DNA of 64,000 nucleotides from a virus (Duplodnaviria; Heunggongvirae; Uroviricota; Caudoviricetes): IMG/VR virus record IMGVR_UViG_3300013132_000019; one strand, 5' to 3'. Shown piece by piece: positions 24,644 to 33,098 of this stretch (position 1 is its first letter; each line of letters starts with the position of its first letter). The notes under the pieces were generated by a model. It saw only the letters and a program-made list of their open reading frames with translations, ran no database searches and was not told where the DNA came from. The position numbers and the translations under genes were made by a program.

Positions 24644-24888
24644 TATGCTGATTTATTTGATAGTGAACTGGCCCAAAAATTTCTCTTAACCCAAAGGTTC
24701 TTATACAATTGAGTTAATACATTTCTGGTTATATCAACAACCTTATCTTCAAGTTCCTTGTTATTCTTCAACTTAGCCTTAATGATTTTTTCAATTTTAT
24801 CCTCAAGGTCTTTAGAATTGATTACGTAGGTCTTGATTTCCGACTTATCGGTTTTAGTTATAGCCTCTGTTATTTTTTCGTTCGCCAT
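24643..24888 (-). CDS. Hypothetical protein
   Basis: Probable start MANEKITE within track ORF 24643-24930. Confidence 0.6.
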   Translation of the reverse strand: MANEKITEAITKTDKSEIKTYVINSKDLEDKIEKIIKAKLKNNKELEDKVVDITRNVLTQLYKNLWVKRNFWASSLSNKSA

Positions 24889-24928
24889 GATACAATTATA
24901 ATTATATCTGTAAATATGAATAATAAAC

Positions 24929-24956
24929 AAAAAAACCTCACCAATCGGTGAGGTTT
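24929..24956 (-). terminator. Intrinsic terminator
   Basis: AAACCTCACC-GATT-GGTGAGGTTTTTTT on the minus strand. Confidence 0.8.
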
Positions 24957-24978
24957 CTTTCTAATTATGTTATTTGTG

Positions 24979-25506
24979 TCATCTTAAATAAAAGACGGTG
25001 AAACCAACTACTATTCCGATACCTATACCACCAATACCAGAACCTATGAAACCTAATGTTTTCTTTAGCTTCTCCTTTTTTACCTGTTTCTCAACATTTT
25101 CTATTGTCAAATCTTTAAATGTACCTATTTCCTCTAAATTATTTAAGACACCTTTAAGTTTAAGATTCTGTTCTTCACATAATTCACTCTGTTTTTGTAG
25201 TTCAGTTATTTTCTGTATGTTTAATGTGATTGCTGACTTTTGTAATGAGTCTCTTTTTTCATATACTGGTAATATACTATCAACAATTAATTCATAATCC
25301 AATAAGTCCGTTAAGAATATCTTAGCGTCTTCAATGTGCATGTGAATGTATATATTACCGATAGAATCTTTTGTACCTAAAATCTCACCGCGTTTGATTT
25401 CTCCGTTGTAAATACTTTGTGAATTCACCAGCAATGGAGTCATTAGGAAGATTACTAACAAAAGGCTCTTTTTTATTCCTGTTTTTATTGAGTATATAAA
25501 TTTCAT
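24979..25506 (-). CDS. Secreted/membrane coiled-coil protein (spanin-like partner)
   Basis: Signal-like N-terminus, coiled coil, C-terminal hydrophobic helix; overlaps the upstream gene by 122 nt. Confidence 0.55.
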   Translation of the reverse strand: MKFIYSIKTGIKKSLLLVIFLMTPLLVNSQSIYNGEIKRGEILGTKDSIGNIYIHMHIEDAKIFLTDLLDYELIVDSILPVYEKRDSLQKSAITLNIQKITELQKQSELCEEQNLKLKGVLNNLEEIGTFKDLTIENVEKQVKKEKLKKTLGFIGSGIGGIGIGIVVGFTVFYLR

Positions 25507-25849
25507 AATTAACGGTTTTCAATTCTTTAGTTATATTATCTAACCCCTTATCAAGTTTTTCTGTTATTTTTTTTGATATCTCTTTTTCTTTTTGTATTTT
25601 ATCAAAATCATTAATTAATTGCTCGTTTTTAGTTTTTAGTGTTGCTATTTCCGCTTGATATCTCTCAATTACTGGTGATTCATGAAATACCAAAAAATAA
25701 ATTAACGTACCAACCAATAACAAGGCCATAACGCCATTCATTATTAATGATAATTTAGTATAATCAGTTTTTTCTACCATAACGTATAACGACTTAAGCG
25801 TTTTTATAGTCTGTTCTAAGTTTTTTGGCCCAATCTTCAGCCCAAACAC
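25385..25849 (-). CDS. Inner-membrane anchored coiled-coil protein (i-spanin-like)
   Basis: TM IMNGVMALLLVGTLIYFLVF followed by a coiled coil. Confidence 0.55.
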   Translation of the reverse strand: MFGLKIGPKNLEQTIKTLKSLYVMVEKTDYTKLSLIMNGVMALLLVGTLIYFLVFHESPVIERYQAEIATLKTKNEQLINDFDKIQKEKEISKKITEKLDKGLDNITKELKTVNYEIYILNKNRNKKEPFVSNLPNDSIAGEFTKYLQRRNQTR

Positions 25850-26234
25850 TTGAATATTTTTTTAGTTTTTCAATTAACTCCATTTCTGGGTCATCAATTG
25901 GTGTTCCTTGAGTATTTAACACCAAATCATCATTTACTGATATTTGCCATTCAATTCCGTTTGTGAATTTACCAGACCAAACCGCATTATTCTCTTTTGG
26001 ATATATATTAAGCTCATTAAAGTCCACTCGATTAGTACCTAAATAATCCGTGAATCTTTTTATTTCATCTTGTAAATTGGAACCTTCTATTGTTTGACCA
26101 TCAGGACTTTGTGTGTTATCAATAGTTTCTTCCTGTTCACGAATTAATTTTGATTCGTTTATTTTTTGAATCATCATCTTTGTGATGTCGTATTCGTTAA
26201 TCAATGATTTCATTTTCATTAGTTTTTTGTTCAA
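25794..26234 (-). CDS. Hypothetical protein (possible virion protein)
   Basis: LINE / KINES / IREQ motifs at the N-terminus. Confidence 0.65.
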   Translation of the reverse strand: MNKKLMKMKSLINEYDITKMMIQKINESKLIREQEETIDNTQSPDGQTIEGSNLQDEIKRFTDYLGTNRVDFNELNIYPKENNAVWSGKFTNGIEWQISVNDDLVLNTQGTPIDDPEMELIEKLKKYSSVWAEDWAKKLRTDYKNA

Positions 26235-26826
26235 TTATATTTTTGAATTCACCAAAATTCCAAGATGCTGATAAATCCAAGTAATACCTATCAAAATTAC
26301 TTCGATACATTACACCATCAAGTGTATTTGCGTTTTCAAGTTTGATTCCATGTCCAACAACCTTTTTTGGGATATCGAATCTATTACATAAATATCTGAC
26401 TAAATCGGAAACAGCATTAAATTGTTCTTTTGTATAGTTATCCCAAAAATCATAACCTCGCCATTTCTTAAATGTTATGTTGTCATCCGTATGAATATCG
26501 TTCAACCAATTAACTAAATTACCGTCATCAATCTTTAAACGTAAAAACCCAACATTTTCTAAAGTTATTGATATAATATCGTCATCTAATCGATTACCAA
26601 TTAATTTAGTAGTATAATCAGTATCTAAGTGTTGATATACCTTACCATCTTTAGTGACAGTGAAGTGTGTTACTTTATCATACGAACCACAAATCCTATT
26701 TTGCCACCCATGGAAATGATTCATACCGTAATTGTATGAATTAACCATAACTATACGTTTTTTCTTAGTTTGACTTTTTTTAAAGTTGTCAACATTTAAA
26801 GCGTAACTGGTAGTGTCAATATCCAT
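26197..26826 (-). CDS. Second Amidase_2-like protein (divergent)
   Basis: THFTVTKDGKVYQ, ISITLENVG, YTKEQFNAV..L..YLC..FDIPK..VGH; first Zn ligand appears altered. Confidence 0.7.
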   Translation of the reverse strand: MDIDTTSYALNVDNFKKSQTKKKRIVMVNSYNYGMNHFHGWQNRICGSYDKVTHFTVTKDGKVYQHLDTDYTTKLIGNRLDDDIISITLENVGFLRLKIDDGNLVNWLNDIHTDDNITFKKWRGYDFWDNYTKEQFNAVSDLVRYLCNRFDIPKKVVGHGIKLENANTLDGVMYRSNFDRYYLDLSASWNFGEFKNIIEQKTNENEIID

Positions 26827-28023
26827 TTATTTTTTTTTTCTTTCTGGTACGTTAACTGAAAAACCTCTATTTAACCCTTCTTTTATCTGAGGAACATCCT
26901 CTTGTGTTATTTTACCTTTGGTGATAATTGGTTGTTTCTTTGGCTTTTGTTCTGACGGGTTGACCAACTTCTGTAACATCTTTTTACCAATATGACCCAA
27001 ATTATTGGTTACATTTTCTTCTTTAGGTTCTTCTTTAATTGGTTCTGGTTCAACTATCGGGTCTTCATTTATTGGTTCTGGTTGAACGATTGGTAATACC
27101 ACGTCAACAATCTCTTCTTCGTCCTCAAAGGTTTCGGTTTTAAGATTTTCAAATGTCACAGTGTCCTTTAACTCACCTTTTTTTATCTTTGGTTGTTTAG
27201 TGTTATTTTTAGTATCGAGTTCATCCAACTTATTAGCCAAAATAACTAAACTGATTGCCATTGGGTCAAATACGAACACAATAAGCATCATTAGAATATT
27301 TACAACTTTACCCATAGGTAAACCTGTAATATCACTCAAATATCTTAATGGACCAACTTCAGCAGTTATATCACTATTTGACCTAATTTCGTTAATTTTA
27401 CCCTTATTTACTATGATTGAATCCGAAAGTGTCGTATTCGTTTCCAATAATTCATCGATTTCAATATTTAATTTATCAATCTTTTCCTTATTGTTTTCTA
27501 TTATTTTTTGATTATTTTTTTGGTCTTTAGACAAGTAGTTATATTGGTTACCGTTTTCGGTTATCCCTTGACTGAACTGAAGGTTGTTTGATAATTCAGA
27601 ATTTTCATTACTATACCCCAACCTAATTTCTTTCTTACCTTCAATATTTTCCTTATTAGTTCTTATTCTATCTTCAAATACTTTAATTCTATTCTCTATA
27701 AGTTCTACTTTACCATCCTCAACGGTCAATTTATCGGCAACACCTTGATAGTTACCACTAAAAAATCCATAGATACCCAAACTGGTTATTAACATCAAAA
27801 TACCCACACCACCAATCAGATATGTTCTCAATGTTGTTGGTAATGCTGACCAGAATCTTTCAACAACCCCAGCAGTTATCAACTTGATACCTTCCATGGT
27901 ACCAAATATGAAATATAGGATAATGCCGCCACCAAATAGTAACGCCAGACCTTTAACCGAAATAATGGCTGCACATGATGCCAATAATAAGGCACCCAAC
28001 CACACCAAATACTTAATTTTCAT
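26827..28023 (-). CDS. Multi-pass membrane coiled-coil protein
   Basis: Three N-terminal helices, long coiled coil, EVGPLRY..FVFDPMAI helix. Confidence 0.7.
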   Translation of the reverse strand: MKIKYLVWLGALLLASCAAIISVKGLALLFGGGIILYFIFGTMEGIKLITAGVVERFWSALPTTLRTYLIGGVGILMLITSLGIYGFFSGNYQGVADKLTVEDGKVELIENRIKVFEDRIRTNKENIEGKKEIRLGYSNENSELSNNLQFSQGITENGNQYNYLSKDQKNNQKIIENNKEKIDKLNIEIDELLETNTTLSDSIIVNKGKINEIRSNSDITAEVGPLRYLSDITGLPMGKVVNILMMLIVFVFDPMAISLVILANKLDELDTKNNTKQPKIKKGELKDTVTFENLKTETFEDEEEIVDVVLPIVQPEPINEDPIVEPEPIKEEPKEENVTNNLGHIGKKMLQKLVNPSEQKPKKQPIITKGKITQEDVPQIKEGLNRGFSVNVPERKKK

Positions 28024-28054
28024 GTTTATCTATTTATATATAAATATCTAAAAA

Positions 28055-28897
28055 TCAAGAATTAATAATATCATGGAGTGTTTTGGCGTGGTGTCTTAGT
28101 TTAAGAATTGCACGTTCTTTGATTTGCCTTACCCTTTCTTTTGTTAAATCATATCTATCACCAATCGCTTCAAGTGTCATTGGTTCAAACTCACTGTCGA
28201 TACCAAAATATAGTTTTAGAATTTCAGCTTCTCTATCGTCCAATTTAGATAAAACATTGGCCAATTCGGTCTTAAGCCGTTTATCTTCTTCTAAATCAAA
28301 GCTGGTTCTTTCCTCATCTGCACATAGTAAATCACCGAATTCCGTTGAGCTATCGTCATCATTTACACAGTCATTGAGGTATAATCTATACTGTGAGGTT
28401 TCAAAATCATAAACATCACCATCTTCACATAGAACTTCGCCAAAGACTGGTTCACGTTCATTTTCATGTTCAAACTTTTCGATTTGCGCTTTAAGTGTAC
28501 TTATTTTATTAACAACGTTTGTTGGTAGTCTAACTATTCTTGAATTATCATTCAATGACTGTAATATCGATTGTTTAATCCACCAAACGGCATAAGATAT
28601 GAATCTATAACCCTTTTCTGGCTCAAATTTGCTGGCAGCTTTCATCATACCATAATTACCCTCACTTATAAGGTCACTTAATGGTAGTCCATTACCTTGA
28701 TATTCCTTTGCTATTCTTATCACAAACTTAAGATTGGATTCCATCAATTTTTTTAGTGATTTTTCATCACCATTTTTTATCTTATTGGTTAATTCAATCT
28801 CTTCTTCTTTCGTTAATAAATCATATTTTCTTATGTCTTTAAAATATGACGTTACCGCAGTTTCATTCCCATAGTGCATTCTTTTATCCATCTCCAC
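28055..28897 (-). CDS. Phage-encoded sigma70-family RNA polymerase sigma factor
   Basis: YFKDIRKYDLLT (1.2), NLKFVIRIAK, DLISEGNYG, FEPEKGYRFISYAVWWIKQSI (region 2), MTLEAIG..LTKERVRQI (region 4). Confidence 0.92.
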   Translation of the reverse strand: MEMDKRMHYGNETAVTSYFKDIRKYDLLTKEEEIELTNKIKNGDEKSLKKLMESNLKFVIRIAKEYQGNGLPLSDLISEGNYGMMKAASKFEPEKGYRFISYAVWWIKQSILQSLNDNSRIVRLPTNVVNKISTLKAQIEKFEHENEREPVFGEVLCEDGDVYDFETSQYRLYLNDCVNDDDSSTEFGDLLCADEERTSFDLEEDKRLKTELANVLSKLDDREAEILKLYFGIDSEFEPMTLEAIGDRYDLTKERVRQIKERAILKLRHHAKTLHDIINS

Positions 28898-28910
28898 ATA
28901 ATTTCTTCTA

Positions 28911-31259
28911 TCAGATATAATTTATCGTTGATACGTTATCTGATTTTGTAATTGTTATTATTTTATCTGACCAATCTCTGGCCAAATCATCGTGTGTTAT
29001 TATAAACACCTTATCATACATGTCTTTTATCTTATCAAATAATGGTTTCATATTTGGTATATTTTCATTCGCAACCTTATCCAACACCTCGTCAAAGGCT
29101 ATGAAGTTTGGCATCGGTAATGTTGATACAACACCCAACACACATCTTAAAGCAACACCACTTACCGTTCGTTCAAAACCACTGGTTGATTTCAATAAAC
29201 CTTCAACATCGTCTTTCAATATCATCAAATGTACATCATTTTTGTCATCCATCCTAACTTCAACATCAAAATCACATACACCTTCAAGTAATCTTTCAAG
29301 TTCTGAATTTATAATTGGTAGAACTGAACGTAAAACAATCTTTGAAACACCTTTTTTGCCCACCATCTCAATATAAAGTTTATACAACTTCTCAGCTTTT
29401 AATTCCTTTTCAATCTGTTTTACTAAAGCCGTATTGTTCTGAATGTTATTGGTTAGTGTTGTAACTTCATTTTTGATGTTTTCAATCTTTCTAACCAATT
29501 CCTCATGTTCATGTGTCTTAATTTGTATTTTTGAATTAACAAAACTGACATTTGCTTCAACCTTCTTATTGAATTCAATTGCTTTAGCATTGGAATCATA
29601 TTCTTTCTTGAGATTATTCAGTTCTTTCAACTTATTTCTAAGTTCATCTAACTTTACATTGATTCTATCTCGTTCCAATTCAAGTCTTTGTTTCTTATTT
29701 AAAGATTCTTTAAACTCTTTCATCGAATCTATTTCACTTTTCAATTCGGAACGTCTTGTTTCAAAACCCTTTATGTCATTTTCAGCAGTTTTGATGTTGC
29801 TTTCAAGTTCTTTGATATTTTCAGTGTTGTCAACACCCTCCAAAGGTCTTTTACATGTACCACATATTTCAGAGTTTCTTAGAGATGATATATCTCTCTG
29901 ATATTTTGTTATATCGTTTTGACGAATACCTATTTTTGTTATGATACTGTTCAGCTCGTCATTTAAACGTTTTTCTTTATATTCATCATAAAAGACCTCA
30001 CCTATTTGTGAAATTGAATCAACTATCTCTTTAAGATTTTCCTTATACTTGATACCAAGTTTTGTTATCTCATCAATTTCATTGGTGACCTTATCTGGGT
30101 TACTCATTGATAACTTCTCATCAATTTTTTCCTTGCTATTAATCAAGTCAATCTTTTGCTGACCCAAATCATCCAATTCGGTCTTTGCTGACGCTTTAAG
30201 GGTTTCAGCTTGTACCAATAACTCCTGTGTCAATGAAAGTTTTTCAGTATCTGACTCAAGTTGCTCATTCAAATCAACAATGTTATACATGTTGGATTTC
30301 ATTGTCTTCTGAAATTCATTATATAACTTTCTAACGATAGCTTCTTTATGCTCCATTATTTCAAGACCAATGAACTTTGTAAATATTTTCCCGTTTTCTG
30401 TGACAGAAAAATCAATTAATGAATCCAAATTCTTACCTGTTGCCAAAGTAACCAAATCAAAATCATCAACACTACCGACAGTTTCTTGTATTTTTTTGGT
30501 GGTCTGAACTGAATCCTCTTCATTCATCTTATCTTCCTCGCCATCTGGAAGTATCCTATAGTAATTAACAATATTTTTAACTAACCAACCACCATGTTTT
30601 TTACCGTTTCTCGTTAACATTCGTTCAATGATAAACTCATCTTCATTCTCAATACGCATTAAACCCCTAACGGTCAAACTATCCTTATCTCGATATCTAT
30701 TGAATATCTGTTCGTTCTTATTGGTCTTACTGGTAGTGCCGAATAGTAAAAATTTAAACGCATCAATAATTAATGTCGATTTTCCACCCTGGTTGGGAGG
30801 GTTTGACGTAACTGTTGTTAACCCATTAAATTTATTGATTGGAAAATAATTATTATCGCCAAAAGATAAAAAGTTATCAACCATAACCCACTCAAATTCC
30901 CACTTCTTATTGTTACTTTGGATAACATCCACATCCAATTCGGAATTAACCTTATCATCCAAACGCATCAATTGGTCAAAATCAACATCTTTGTTTTCCC
31001 TTTCAAGCCACTCCTTGAATAATTGTCTTTGGTAGTTTATATCACCGATATTGTCAATCTTAACCCCATCCAACTTGACGAGATTACCCTTATTATCCAT
31101 TTTAACGGGTCTATAAACCACTTTAACCTTATCTTTGTCAATACCATACTTTTTAGCAAACTTATTGCGTATGGTGTTTCTATTTGACCTAGAATAGTTT
31201 TCTGGTCTATCATTCCAATATACTTTTATTCTACCGTATGGTGATAATGTATTACTCAT
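28911..31259 (-). CDS. SbcC/Rad50/T4 gp46-like recombination ATPase
   Basis: NQGGKST Walker A, coiled coil, CGTC zinc hook, STSGFE signature, FDEVLD Walker B, IITH. Confidence 0.9.
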   Translation of the reverse strand: MSNTLSPYGRIKVYWNDRPENYSRSNRNTIRNKFAKKYGIDKDKVKVVYRPVKMDNKGNLVKLDGVKIDNIGDINYQRQLFKEWLERENKDVDFDQLMRLDDKVNSELDVDVIQSNNKKWEFEWVMVDNFLSFGDNNYFPINKFNGLTTVTSNPPNQGGKSTLIIDAFKFLLFGTTSKTNKNEQIFNRYRDKDSLTVRGLMRIENEDEFIIERMLTRNGKKHGGWLVKNIVNYYRILPDGEEDKMNEEDSVQTTKKIQETVGSVDDFDLVTLATGKNLDSLIDFSVTENGKIFTKFIGLEIMEHKEAIVRKLYNEFQKTMKSNMYNIVDLNEQLESDTEKLSLTQELLVQAETLKASAKTELDDLGQQKIDLINSKEKIDEKLSMSNPDKVTNEIDEITKLGIKYKENLKEIVDSISQIGEVFYDEYKEKRLNDELNSIITKIGIRQNDITKYQRDISSLRNSEICGTCKRPLEGVDNTENIKELESNIKTAENDIKGFETRRSELKSEIDSMKEFKESLNKKQRLELERDRINVKLDELRNKLKELNNLKKEYDSNAKAIEFNKKVEANVSFVNSKIQIKTHEHEELVRKIENIKNEVTTLTNNIQNNTALVKQIEKELKAEKLYKLYIEMVGKKGVSKIVLRSVLPIINSELERLLEGVCDFDVEVRMDDKNDVHLMILKDDVEGLLKSTSGFERTVSGVALRCVLGVVSTLPMPNFIAFDEVLDKVANENIPNMKPLFDKIKDMYDKVFIITHDDLARDWSDKIITITKSDNVSTINYI

Positions 31260-31262
31260 ATC

Positions 31263-31703
31263 TCAATCTAATAAATTTGAACCCATTCGACCTTTAACTC
31301 TTTCACCATAAATGTCGGTTTGGGTTGTTTTATTCTTATTTGTTTCTAATTCAGTTATTTTTTCTTCCAAAGATTTAACCGTTTTATCATATTCTGACAA
31401 TTCGGCACTATGTTTGTCTTTTAAGTCACTTATTTCCTTTAATAATTTATTAATTTCCTCATCATCAGACACTTTGACAATCTTTTCAACTGGAACTTCT
31501 TTTACCACTTCCTTTATAACCTCTTTGATTACTTCTTTCTCAACAACTTTTGTATCTACCTTACTGCCGTTGGGGTCATAACCATATTTTTCTATTGTAA
31601 ACCCACTTTTAACCAAATCTATGATAAATTTGTTTATGTCAGTAATATCGTTAGCCATACAATACTGCCAAATTTGGTCTTTAAGGTCTTTCGGTAGTTC
31701 CAT
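31263..31703 (-). CDS. Hypothetical coiled-coil protein
   Basis: EKEVIKEVIKEVVKEV repeat. Confidence 0.7.
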   Translation of the reverse strand: MELPKDLKDQIWQYCMANDITDINKFIIDLVKSGFTIEKYGYDPNGSKVDTKVVEKEVIKEVIKEVVKEVPVEKIVKVSDDEEINKLLKEISDLKDKHSAELSEYDKTVKSLEEKITELETNKNKTTQTDIYGERVKGRMGSNLLD

Positions 31704-31705
31704 CT

Positions 31706-32515
31706 TTATGCGTTTTTTAAAACTTCAACGTCATTATCGATATCATCAATCGAATTGACCTCAAATAGATAGTACTTATATGGGTTATCAACTTCAATGG
31801 CTTCATATGTTTTAGTTTGAATATCCCATAGTAAGAAACCATGGTTTGATACCGATTCGCCAAAGTCCTGTTGCACGAGACTACCAACATAAACAACTGG
31901 TATATCAAAATCAAGTTTTTGTTGTTTATGAATATCACCTAATAGTACCATATCGCAACCTGAGAAAAAATCTACTCTCGTACCACTATCAAACGTATAA
32001 CCCAAATCCGTTTTAGCGCCTATTATTGGAGCATGAAATAAGCCGACATAAGTTTTATCATCACCATATTCAGTTCTGGCAGATTCAATATCAGGTCTTT
32101 CATTATGTTCAAAGATTGAATAGTTACACCAAACAATGTTATCATCCAAATAACACTTCTTTTCTTTATAATATTTTATCTTATCGCTATCCAATAACTC
32201 AATTACTGGTGTGATACTATCTAATCTTTCAATATTGTTTTCTAATAAATCATGATTACCAGCAACAACAACTAATGGTGCTATTTCTGATAGTTTCCTA
32301 AAGAACTTGGAAACAACCAATAAAGATTCGTTTGATATCGTTATCTTTTGGTGTAAGATATCCCCAACGATTACGATTCTAACTTCATTATATTCGTAGT
32401 CTTTGGTTAGTTCTCTACATTTTTCATATAAATTCTCAAAAACCTCTTCATATTCGTCATGAAAACGATATGTTCTAACATGGATGTCCGCAAGATGGAT
32501 TAAATATTTTACCAT
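31706..32515 (-). CDS. SbcD/Mre11/T4 gp47-like nuclease
   Basis: HLADIH, VGDILH, AGNHD, LFHA, LGDIHK, GSLVQQDFGE. Confidence 0.9.
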   Translation of the reverse strand: MVKYLIHLADIHVRTYRFHDEYEEVFENLYEKCRELTKDYEYNEVRIVIVGDILHQKITISNESLLVVSKFFRKLSEIAPLVVVAGNHDLLENNIERLDSITPVIELLDSDKIKYYKEKKCYLDDNIVWCNYSIFEHNERPDIESARTEYGDDKTYVGLFHAPIIGAKTDLGYTFDSGTRVDFFSGCDMVLLGDIHKQQKLDFDIPVVYVGSLVQQDFGESVSNHGFLLWDIQTKTYEAIEVDNPYKYYLFEVNSIDDIDNDVEVLKNA

Positions 32516-32521
32516 ATGATA

Positions 32522-33094
32522 TTAAATTATTTCATCAATTATATTAAGCTTTAAAGCTTCACTTGGTGTTATATACCAATCGATTTTTTCTGTATAGACT
32601 TGTTTTAATTTTTCTTTTGTAATATGTGTTTTATCTAATACCATCTTCTCAATCAATTTTTGTAATCTTCGTGCTTCGTCAACCCCGTCTTCTAAATATT
32701 TTAACTCACCCCAAACACCAGATGACACTTGATGGTATAATGGTGTTGAAAATCTATAAGCAAAACGTTTGTGTCCGTTAATTAAAATCATAAAGGCCGC
32801 ACTCATTGCTGCACCAGTAACTATAGTGTGAATTGGTGTTACCGATTTTTCCATGACACTTATTAAACCAAGGCATTGATAAGCGCTACCACCAAATGAA
32901 TCGACATACAAGTTTATTGGTTTTCTAACGTAATCAAACGAGTGTAATTCGCCATATTTTGTTAAGTAATCATCACGTTCATTTATTTCTATAATTTCTT
33001 TAATTACATCCCTAACGCTTTCTTGGTTAATTTCTTCAGATAAAAAAATATTTCGGTTTTTTAAGTTTAACGTTATTGTTTCCATATCATTCAC
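32522..33094 (-). CDS. ClpP-family protease (second copy)
   Basis: VDSFGGS, GAAMSAAFMIL, LYHQ, DWY..EAL.L.IIDEI. Confidence 0.85.
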   Translation of the reverse strand: MNDMETITLNLKNRNIFLSEEINQESVRDVIKEIIEINERDDYLTKYGELHSFDYVRKPINLYVDSFGGSAYQCLGLISVMEKSVTPIHTIVTGAAMSAAFMILINGHKRFAYRFSTPLYHQVSSGVWGELKYLEDGVDEARRLQKLIEKMVLDKTHITKEKLKQVYTEKIDWYITPSEALKLNIIDEII

Positions 33095-33098
33095 AGTA

